A DNA stretch of 64,000 nucleotides. Origin: an uncultured Candidatus Saccharibacteria bacterium (GTDB lineage: Bacteria > Patescibacteriota > Minisyncoccia > Phycocordibacterales > DAORIS01). This document shows, in pieces, positions 56,925 through 64,000 of this stretch. How positions within the stretch are numbered: the stretch's first letter is position 1; the number at the start of each line of letters is the position of its first letter. The notes below the pieces were generated by a model. The model was not told where the DNA came from, did no database searches, and was given only the letters and a program-made list of their open reading frames with translations. A program made the translations under genes and the position numbers. Location of the stretch: NCBI GenBank assembly GCA_964644035.1, contig CAZXUH010000001.1, positions 259,712-323,711 of the forward strand, given 5' to 3'.

Positions 56925-57539
56925 ATGTCACCTTTTGACCGACTGATTGAAATATTTAGAAAATTCCCAGGCATTGGTCCTCGCCAAGCTCGGCGTTTTG
57001 TCTATCATCTTATTCGTCTCTCAGAAAACGACACCAAACAGTTTGCCGAAGGTCTTCTGTTACTCAAAAAAAGTTTTAAAGAATGCACGGGTTGCCACCG
57101 ATACTTCTCTTCGTCACACAATGATACCCTCTGCTCAATATGTTCAGACAAAAATCGCACTGATAAAGAACTGATGATTGTCAGTCATGACAGCGATCTC
57201 GATGCTATAGAAAAAAGCGGTACCTATAAGGGTCAATATTTTGTCCTTGGCGGTACGATACCAATACTGGAAAAAGTTCCTACGTATATACGAGAAAGAG
57301 AACTCAAAGCTCGAGTCAGTGATCTTGCATCCAAAAATCTCAGCGAGATTATTATTGCCATGAGTGTCACCGCAGAAGGTGAACAGACTGTTTCGTATAT
57401 TAAAAATATCATCACACCTATTGCTGGAGAAAAAGTCTCTATTTCAACCCTTGGCCGTGGTGTCTCCACTGGCAGCGAACTCGAATATGCCGACAGCGAA
57501 ACTATTTCATACGCATTGGCTGGAAGGAAAAAGGTATGA
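56925..57539 (+). CDS. recR: Recombination protein RecR.
   Basis: 'FDRLIEIFRKFPGIGPRQARRF' HhH, C4 zinc finger 'C.GC...C..C' and Toprim region. Start taken at the Met directly after the dnaB stop. Confidence 0.8.
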   Translation: MSPFDRLIEIFRKFPGIGPRQARRFVYHLIRLSENDTKQFAEGLLLLKKSFKECTGCHRYFSSSHNDTLCSICSDKNRTDKELMIVSHDSDLDAIEKSGTYKGQYFVLGGTIPILEKVPTYIRERELKARVSDLASKNLSEIIIAMSVTAEGEQTVSYIKNIITPIAGEKVSISTLGRGVSTGSELEYADSETISYALAGRKKV

Positions 57540-57544
57540 CGCCT

Positions 57545-57640
57545 CCTCCCTCATTCCCTCCTCTAAAGAGGAGGGAGGTCTCTGAAGGGTGCGCACTGTT
57601 TATTGTTCCCCTCCTCATTCTGAGGAGGGGTTAGGGGAGG
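57545..57640. terminator. Pair of CCTCCTC/GAGGAGG palindromic hairpins between convergent recR and rplU.
   Basis: CCCTCCTC-TAAA-GAGGAGGG and CCCCTCCTC-ATTCT-GAGGAGGGG stem-loops. Confidence 0.45.
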
Positions 57641-57645
57641 AGGTG

Positions 57646-57960
57646 TTAAATACTCTTTACCTTTACCTGAAAGAAAGGCTGGCGGTGGCCGTTTTTGTTG
57701 AAATATCGGCTCTTTTGCTTGTATTTGATAATAGTTACCTTTGGAGCGCGGCCAATAGCTGTAAGCTCTGCTGTAACCTTGGCACCTGAGATATGAGGAG
57801 TACCGATATCGGCCTTTTCGCCTTCAGACTTGAGGAGAACCTTGTCAAAAGTAAGGGTATCGCCTACCTTGAAATCACCCGAAATCTTCTCGATTTTGAG
57901 CATTTGGCCCTCTTCTACCTTATATTGCTTGCCGCCTGTGGCGATAACTGCGAATTTCAT
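57646..57960 (-). CDS. rplU: 50S ribosomal protein L21.
   Basis: 'MKFAVIATGGKQYKVEEGQ' L21 N-terminus and length. Confidence 0.85.
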   Translation of the reverse strand: MKFAVIATGGKQYKVEEGQMLKIEKISGDFKVGDTLTFDKVLLKSEGEKADIGTPHISGAKVTAELTAIGRAPKVTIIKYKQKSRYFNKNGHRQPFFQVKVKSI

Positions 57961-58039
57961 AGAAAATTATATTACCCTATTTATCGAAAATAATCAAATA
58001 AAAAGCCTGTCCGCACCCAATGGTACAGACAAGCTCATG

Positions 58040-58675
58040 TTACACAGAAAGGCGCTTTTTTGCCTCTTCGAAGTAACGCTTAAATCCTGGTTCAAGGAGT
58101 TCGGCCTCCACAAACATTTTATTGTATTGCCAGAGCTTATTTTTCAAATCTAAATAAGCCTCTGTTAGATTGTCAGGATTCTCCATTTTCATTATCTCTC
58201 GAGCCAACTTCGTCATAACTTCTGTTGCTTGTTTGGTGAGTTCTTCAGCAGTCCACCGAAGGTACGACTGATCTGACTCCACCCCATCCAATCGAAGACA
58301 CAACATTATATCCGTATGATGCTTTGAAAAAAGATTCATCTCTTTTTTGCAAAGTTCGATTTCCCCCTCCAAAAAACGAACTATTCGAAAAAGGGGTATT
58401 CCGATCGTTACCATCGCCCCTCCAACAATCACCATTAAAAATAATTGCTGACTGTTGGAAGAAAAGAAGTAGGTGGCAAAGAACGCTATAACCAGGAAAT
58501 AACACATCACAGCTGGTACAACCCAAGGCAAAATACGAGATTTCATCTTATCCATACGTATTGTGCGCGAGGCTACCTCTTCTAAATTACAATTCATCCT
58601 TTTTTGCCATCTGCTTTTAAGAACACCATTAAAGCAGCGTGTTTCCAAATTACGCAAGAAACTTTCGACGTTCAT
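58040..58675 (-). CDS. Hypothetical membrane protein.
   Basis: Two TM helices in a 211-aa ORF. Confidence 0.35.
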   Translation of the reverse strand: MNVESFLRNLETRCFNGVLKSRWQKRMNCNLEEVASRTIRMDKMKSRILPWVVPAVMCYFLVIAFFATYFFSSNSQQLFLMVIVGGAMVTIGIPLFRIVRFLEGEIELCKKEMNLFSKHHTDIMLCLRLDGVESDQSYLRWTAEELTKQATEVMTKLAREIMKMENPDNLTEAYLDLKNKLWQYNKMFVEAELLEPGFKRYFEEAKKRLSV

Positions 58676-58836
58676 ACAAAGAACTCCTTTGCTTTTGAAT
58701 ATAGAAATGGACGGTTCATTCCATCATTACTCCAGGATTCCTGCCCCAGTGCAATACTTCATTTCTAGTGCATCTGAAAAGCACACAGATACGTCTGTTT
58801 TTTACCTTAAAAATAGTACTTGGTCAATAAATCCTA

Positions 58837-59907
58837 TTATTCAATTTCAGGCTTCTCTATAGTGAGCACTTCAAACTCTGAGGTTGTATCAGTGATTTTG
58901 GCTATGTCTTTGTCTATCTTTTTAAACTCTTTTTGAGAACTCATAAAGTGGTTGACGGTCGTACCGAGCGAAGTACCAAGCTTAGCCTGATAATCTTCGT
59001 AGATTTTGAGGTGTTTTGAGAGCTCGCCTACCTTGTATACGATCTCACTCGCCTGTTCTTCTATTTGGAGTGCCTTGAGGCCTTGTAGCACTGTCTGTAG
59101 ATATGCCAAAAATGATGTCGGCGAAACGATAATAACATGATACTTGCTTGCCGCTCTCTGAATGAGATTTTGTGAATCTTCGTCGAGCATGCCGATTTTA
59201 TTGACCAACAAATCATAATAAATCGCTTCGTGTGGCACAAACATAAAGGCAAAATCGAGTGTTTTTTCACCTGGACGAATATATTTTGCAGTTTCTTGTA
59301 TACGCATCTTCAAGTCATTGAGAAAGACTTTATAGAGTTTCTCTTTAGCATCTTCCGATTTTTCTTCTATAAAACGATTGTAGTTTTCGAGTGAAAATTT
59401 AGAATCAATAGGTATCAATCTATCTTTGATCATAACCACAGCATCGACAATCTCCCCGTCCTTGAACTTATATTGCATCTGATATCCCCCAGGCAGTGTA
59501 TTTTGCAGAAGGGTTTCCAAATAATATTCACCGAGCACTCCTCTTTGCTTGGGATTTTTAAGAATATCTTGGAGCGACTTGAGTTGTTCTGTGACTGTCT
59601 GCACTTGCTTGTTACCTTCTTTGACCTCGACAAGCTCACGAGTGATGTCACGAATGAGACGTTGCGATTCTCCAAATTGTTTTGAAAGAGAATTTGAGAG
59701 AATATCCGAAGATTTACCCAAACGATCATCTACCCTACCCAATTTGTCATCGACAGTCTTGTGCAAATCATTCATTTGCTGCATGAGGATCTTCATTACT
59801 TCAGAATGCTCACCCCCGTGTGACACAGGACGACGAACGACAAAAAAGATACCTCCTGCAAGGAGGACTATGAAGATACACAGCAAAATAACGATCACAA
59901 TTTCCAT
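58837..59907 (-). CDS. rmuC: DNA recombination protein RmuC.
   Basis: N-terminal TM anchor and a long coiled coil, with C-terminal nuclease-like conserved blocks in the usual RmuC arrangement. Confidence 0.6.
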   Translation of the reverse strand: MEIVIVILLCIFIVLLAGGIFFVVRRPVSHGGEHSEVMKILMQQMNDLHKTVDDKLGRVDDRLGKSSDILSNSLSKQFGESQRLIRDITRELVEVKEGNKQVQTVTEQLKSLQDILKNPKQRGVLGEYYLETLLQNTLPGGYQMQYKFKDGEIVDAVVMIKDRLIPIDSKFSLENYNRFIEEKSEDAKEKLYKVFLNDLKMRIQETAKYIRPGEKTLDFAFMFVPHEAIYYDLLVNKIGMLDEDSQNLIQRAASKYHVIIVSPTSFLAYLQTVLQGLKALQIEEQASEIVYKVGELSKHLKIYEDYQAKLGTSLGTTVNHFMSSQKEFKKIDKDIAKITDTTSEFEVLTIEKPEIE

Positions 59908-60113
59908 TCACCTAGTATATCAAATGACACTTGAATTGTTATTTAAAAGGAGTATTATAAGCGCAGTTATCGGTCGTTCAAGATTGCTTGGCCTGAGTCC
60001 GCGTGTGCGGCTCTCCTTCCCAGTGCCGGTACAGGACCATCCTGCTACCGGCATTTTCAATGACACATCTTTGCTTGCTTCAAGCAAAGATGGTCTGACC
60101 CGCCATAGCATTT

Positions 60114-60629
60114 ATGCGACGGCGGGTTTTTATTCATCTTAATTTTATATATACTGTACCTACTAACACAAAACATATGTTACAAAACGATATCAAAGGA
60201 CAAATCAAAGAAGCAATGCTTGCAAAAGATGCTGTCAGACTGGCTGTACTTCGCGGATTGTCAGCAGCATTTACCAATGAACTCGTCGCTCAGAAACGCC
60301 CTCCTCAAGAAGCACTTTCCGATGAAGATTGTCTCAAAGTTATCGAACGTTCAGTCAAACAGCGCCGCGAATCGATCGATCAATTTACCAAAGGCGGCCG
60401 ACCAGATTTGGCTGACAGTGAAAAAGCTGAACTTGCAATACTCGAAACCTATTTGCCTACTATGATGTCGCAAGAAGAGATTATGCCTATTGCCCAAGCA
60501 AAGAAAACAGAAATGGGTATTGATGACAAATCAAAGGCAGGCATGCTTATGGGTCTTATTATGCGAGAGCTCAAGGGCAAAGCTCGTGGTGATGACGTGA
60601 AGGTAGTCGTAGACAAGCTTTTTAGCTAA
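60114..60629 (+). CDS. GatB/YqeY domain protein.
   Basis: 'IKEAMLAKDAVRLAVLRGLSAAF...LSDEDCLKVIERSVKQRRESIDQF' matches the YqeY family. Confidence 0.7.
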   Translation: MRRRVFIHLNFIYTVPTNTKHMLQNDIKGQIKEAMLAKDAVRLAVLRGLSAAFTNELVAQKRPPQEALSDEDCLKVIERSVKQRRESIDQFTKGGRPDLADSEKAELAILETYLPTMMSQEEIMPIAQAKKTEMGIDDKSKAGMLMGLIMRELKGKARGDDVKVVVDKLFS

Positions 60630-60706
60630 TTGACAAAAGGGTATATTTTGGTGTATAATATACACATATAGTTCGATTACATTTACTTGCTTGAAAGGAG
60701 ATCTCG

Positions 60707-60943
60707 ATGAGTACCTTCGTTTATTCAAGTGATGAAATTGCAGTGTTCGCTGCCGCAAAGGCCACGGCCGACAAGCAGAGAACACTTTCCGCCAAATTGC
60801 GCAAATGGAAAAAGGAATTGCGGGACCGAGTGGTCAGTCGACCGCTAGGCATGGTCCTCGATCCGATTACCCTTTGCCAAAAAGGCAATGCCTGGTTACG
60901 AAACAATCCGTTCCAAATTATCGAAAAGCCTACCGCAAGGTAG
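60707..60943 (+). CDS. Hypothetical protein.
   Basis: 78-aa ORF. Confidence 0.25.
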   Translation: MSTFVYSSDEIAVFAAAKATADKQRTLSAKLRKWKKELRDRVVSRPLGMVLDPITLCQKGNAWLRNNPFQIIEKPTAR

Positions 60944-61010
60944 GCCTTTTCTTTGTCTGTATTGAATAATGACAGAAATATAGGTATATTTCCTATGCAT
61001 TGCGTAGCAT

Positions 61011-61082
61011 GGCCCTATCGTCTAGCGGCTAGGACGGAAGCTTCTCAAGCTTCAAACCAGGGTTCGATTCCCTGTAGGGTCA
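61011..61082 (+). tRNA. tRNA-Glu (anticodon CUC).
   Basis: Hand-folded cloverleaf with acceptor GGCCCUA/UAGGGUC, the GUCUAGCGGCUAGGAC D-arm typical of tRNA-Glu, anticodon loop UUCUCAA and a canonical T-loop UUCGAUU. An upstream σ70-like TTGAAT/TATATT lies at about 60962–60990. Confidence 0.8.
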
Positions 61083-61186
61083 CAAATTAGAAAGCCATAT
61101 ATTTTATACTTGATATTTTGACACATACTGATAGTGTGTCAGTTAGATTGAAATAAAGCCTTAACATGTACCGAAAGGAGAACGTA

Positions 61187-61636
61187 ATGGCTCGACCAAT
61201 TCACTCGATGGGGCTGCAAGTAATTGCCAGCAGCCGAACTCCTGACCCCAGCAAGCTTCCCAAACCAACACAGGAATGTAAGGTCCTGTGGCGGAGCTGG
61301 TTCAAACGTGATTATAAATGCGGCCATCGTGACAGCAGACGATTCCGTGTTTCCATGTTTGGAATGGAAACAAAGAAGCTTAGTCAGCACGAACAGTGCC
61401 CACAGTGTTTTATGGAAGAGGTTAAGAAGCACACCATTTTCTGTGCATTGTGCGGCCTACCCATCATGCCTGGCGACGGAGTGGCACTTTACGATGATGA
61501 CAATGACGGCATTCGTGAAAACGCCACCCACATCGACAACTTTGTCATCGGCTGTATTCGATGGGAATGCTGTCCATCGGGAGGTTTTTTCTCCGGATAC
61601 TGGACAAAACAAGGTTTCAAATCTGGTCTTAGTTGA
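61187..61636 (+). CDS. Cys-rich (putative Zn-binding) hypothetical protein, paralog of 54613–55116.
   Basis: Shares 'CGH...QCPQCF...CALCGLPIMPGD' with the paralog. An 'AAAGGAGA' RBS lies 6 nt upstream of this Met (the track ORF begins at 61166). Confidence 0.45.
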   Translation: MARPIHSMGLQVIASSRTPDPSKLPKPTQECKVLWRSWFKRDYKCGHRDSRRFRVSMFGMETKKLSQHEQCPQCFMEEVKKHTIFCALCGLPIMPGDGVALYDDDNDGIRENATHIDNFVIGCIRWECCPSGGFFSGYWTKQGFKSGLS

Positions 61637-61658
61637 CCCTGTTTTACCAAGATCACAA

Positions 61659-61687
61659 CCCCACCATTTCTGGTGGGGTTTATTTTT
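61659..61687 (+). terminator. Intrinsic terminator.
   Basis: CCCCACCA-TTTC-TGGTGGGG followed by TTTATTTTT. Confidence 0.7.
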
Positions 61688-61778
61688 GCAAACAAAAACA
61701 GCCCCTTTCGGGACTGTTTTGCGAATTCAAGCCTTACCAATAACGTAAGTATATACTTCTGAAAATCCTAGTCAATAT

Positions 61779-64000
61779 TTATTTTACCGACAATGAGTAT
61801 TGGTCGACATTGAGCTCACCGACTGACTTTATAAGATGAAAGACGGTGAAACCGACTGCACCAGAAGGCATAGTGACTTCCCTTTCATACTTGGTCCAGT
61901 TTGCCGCAGCTGGAACTGTTGCAAGGTCAACATACATGAACGCACCAGTAGACATCGTATAACGAGCTGTAAGTGTCGTTGCTACGGTTGATTTGTAATA
62001 GTTCGAGTAGACATAGGTCGTACTTGCAGTGACAAGCTCTGAAGCGAAGAACCATTTTGCATCGCCGCTCGTGTAAGCAGAGACCACTACCTTTGCAGCC
62101 TTCGTGCCGTCTGACCCAGCGACTGGGTATGTGAAGACTGGAGTGATTGTTCCCCATGAATTCTTAGACCATCCTGTAGGGTTGCCACTGGCATCGGTCA
62201 TTTCAAGAGAAGGATTATCAACCATGTTTGGATTGGTTGAAGTGCTGTTATTTACTGTGACAGAAATAGTGTGAGTGCTGTTATTGCCTGCAGCATCGTG
62301 CGTCGTAGCCTTGAGCGTGTGTAGACCGTTGGCAACAGTCTTGGTATCCCAGACATAGTTGTATGGTGCGGGAAGATTTGCTGTAACAGGATTACCATCA
62401 ACAGCAAACATGACACCAGTCACTCCGACATTATCAGATGAGCTTGCCACAACCGTAACAGTATTACTTACTACAGCATTGTTTGCTGGTGAAGTGATCT
62501 GGACGACTGGAGCAATGATGTCGTTGGTCGAAGTCGCCGAACCGGTGATCACAAGAGACACATCATCAGTCGTTAGTGTACCAATCGAGCTTATCAAGTG
62601 AAATGGAGTGAAATTGACTGCATTTACCGGAGGAGTAAAGGTAGCATTGAAGAATGTCCATCCTGTAACTGGCGGCAATTCTTTTATCACTCCAAAATAA
62701 TGCTGTGTGCCATCGGTAAGTGTATAAGCCCCTATTACATCTGAGATTACATCTGATTTGTACCATGAGCTAAAGGTGTATTCTTTGCCAAACTGCATAG
62801 GCACTCGATCTGGGAACCATTTCACATCACCATCACTATATGCCGTCACTCTAACTTCAGCAGCTTTGTTACCATCGCGGCCTGTAACCGGATAGACATA
62901 GTTTGCAGTGTTTACTCCCCAACCACCATGATTCCAACCCAAAGGATTGGCACCATTGGCTGTTTCAAATGAAGCATTGTTGATGAGATTGCCTGGGGTA
63001 GATGTCGCCTCTTCTTCCTCAGTGTGATTGTGTACGAAGACAGTAACAGGAGTTGAAGTTGCAATATTTCCTGCAGTATCTCGAGCAACTGCTCTGAGAA
63101 TATGGTTGCTGTGGTTGGTGACTGTTGTGGTGTTGAAATTGACTTCATATGGCGAGACAGTATCTTCTGCACCAATCTGAGTCGAATCGACAAAGAATTT
63201 TACACCAGCGACACCTCCCGCATCGGCAGCATTGGCCTTGATCGATACCGCTGTACCGCCTATTTCCTGAGCAGCTGTCGGTGAAGAAATAGATACAGTA
63301 GGAGCTGTCGTGTCGGCAGGTGCACCACCAGGGCCAGTAATACTGTAGAGATCGGTAGTAAGTGTGCCAACTTTATTGGACATATGGAATGCTGTTACAG
63401 AAACTGTATTGACTGGAGGTGTGAAATTGTATGTAAGCTTCTTCCATGTAGCTGAAGCTGGAACAGTCGCAGCAAGAGCAACGTATGAAACGCTGCCGTT
63501 GGCAAGTGTATATCGAAGCGTCAAATTGCTTGTTGAAGATGCCATGTAATAACTCGAATACGTGTACTGAGTGCCGGGAGTAACTGGAACATCCTTGAAG
63601 AACCATTTTGCATCGCCATTGGTATATGCAGTTGTCTTGACCTGCATTGCTTTAGCGCCATCAAAACCTGCTACCGGATAAGTAAAGGTTGTGGTATTTG
63701 TTCCCCATTTACCATTGAACCAATCTTGTGGAACCGTTGTTGGACTACCGGCAGTTTCAGCCGAAGGATTGAGCACAAGGTTACTACCACCTGGAGTACT
63801 TGTGCTTGTCTGATTGAGAACAGCAAATGTGACAGGGGTTGAAGTTGCAATATTTCCTGCAGCATCGCGAGCAACAGCAAGGAGTGAATGATTGCCATTT
63901 GCTACTGATTTGCTATTCCATGCAAAGGTATATGGAGAAGTCGTATCAGTATTTACAACTGTTGCATCAATTAGGAATTTTACATCTACTACCGCAACAT
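61779..64000 (-). CDS. Giant secreted/surface protein built from tandem ~266-aa units (carbohydrate-binding-module-like + Ig-like); it continues beyond the window end.
   Basis: Three unit copies are visible (aa blocks beginning 'NPS.E...GNPTGW..N.WG'). The nucleotide repeat ACAGG[AG]GTTGAAGTTGCAATATTTCCTGCAG occurs at about 63040 and 63838. The reading frame stays open upstream of the GTG at 63776. Confidence 0.5.
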   Translation of the reverse strand, partial: VAVVDVKFLIDATVVNTDTTSPYTFAWNSKSVANGNHSLLAVARDAAGNIATSTPVTFAVLNQTSTSTPGGSNLVLNPSAETAGSPTTVPQDWFNGKWGTNTTTFTYPVAGFDGAKAMQVKTTAYTNGDAKWFFKDVPVTPGTQYTYSSYYMASSTSNLTLRYTLANGSVSYVALAATVPASATWKKLTYNFTPPVNTVSVTAFHMSNKVGTLTTDLYSITGPGGAPADTTAPTVSISSPTAAQEIGGTAVSIKANAADAGGVAGVKFFVDSTQIGAEDTVSPYEVNFNTTTVTNHSNHILRAVARDTAGNIATSTPVTVFVHNHTEEEEATSTPGNLINNASFETANGANPLGWNHGGWGVNTANYVYPVTGRDGNKAAEVRVTAYSDGDVKWFPDRVPMQFGKEYTFSSWYKSDVISDVIGAYTLTDGTQHYFGVIKELPPVTGWTFFNATFTPPVNAVNFTPFHLISSIGTLTTDDVSLVITGSATSTNDIIAPVVQITSPANNAVVSNTVTVVASSSDNVGVTGVMFAVDGNPVTANLPAPYNYVWDTKTVANGLHTLKATTHDAAGNNSTHTISVTVNNSTSTNPNMVDNPSLEMTDASGNPTGWSKNSWGTITPVFTYPVAGSDGTKAAKVVVSAYTSGDAKWFFASELVTASTTYVYSNYYKSTVATTLTARYTMSTGAFMYVDLATVPAAANWTKYEREVTMPSGAVGFTVFHLIKSVGELNVDQYSLSVK

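Noticed and set aside
57589-57789. 66-aa plus ORF spanning the recR–rplU terminator hairpins into rplU antisense.
   Set aside because: It covers palindromic terminator sequence and antisense to L21; not plausible.
61224-61748. 174-aa plus-strand ORF overlapping the Cys-rich gene in another frame.
   Set aside because: It is an out-of-frame overlap. The in-frame Cys-rich ORF has an RBS and a paralog supporting it.

Overview
This 64 kb window is a low-GC bacterial chromosome segment carrying a ~40 kb integrated prophage at about 7.7–48.1 kb. Host genes flank it on both sides. The left flank is a division/cell-wall block mraY(partial)-ftsW-murG, followed by gltX, an M23 peptidase and a secreted hypothetical. 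The right flank holds a lysozyme-like secreted protein, rpmA, rplI, a C-terminal processing protease, a CorA-like transporter, cysS, dnaB, recR, rplU, rmuC, a GatB/YqeY protein, tRNA-Glu, and a giant repeat surface protein that runs off the window. The prophage is imperfectly bounded by a ~75 bp direct repeat whose identical blocks are ATATTGTGCGAC and AGTTATCCACA (candidate attL/attR). Every recognisable phage gene lies on the minus strand. Read from the right end, the order is: small early proteins; a DNA-metabolism block (DEDDy exonuclease, NinG-like nuclease, HAD-like protein, dGTP-diphosphohydrolase-N-like protein, Zn-ribbon proteins); a first glycosyltransferase/methyltransferase cassette; terS; a tRNA-Asp-like gene; terL; portal; scaffold; major capsid; four large virion proteins plus a 902-aa protein with a cell-wall-hydrolase-like C-terminus (a T7-like podovirus arrangement); a collagen-like fiber; a second GT2/MTase cassette; two fiber genes with enormous poly-Ser-Val tracts (one with a LamG domain); holin-like and cysteine-peptidase endolysin genes; a lysozyme-like secreted protein; and a tyrosine integrase beside the left repeat. 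The phage operons are preceded by a strictly conserved extended -10 promoter, rc TGGTATAAT within AAAATGTGGTATAATTA, in six copies. The most interesting candidate is a phage-encoded glycosylation/methylation system embedded among the serine-rich-repeat fiber genes, plausibly O-glycosylating the virion fibers; a second, different cassette includes an RGP/GT75-like enzyme. All functional calls are from motif-level reading of the translated ORFs and from synteny; no database searches were run.
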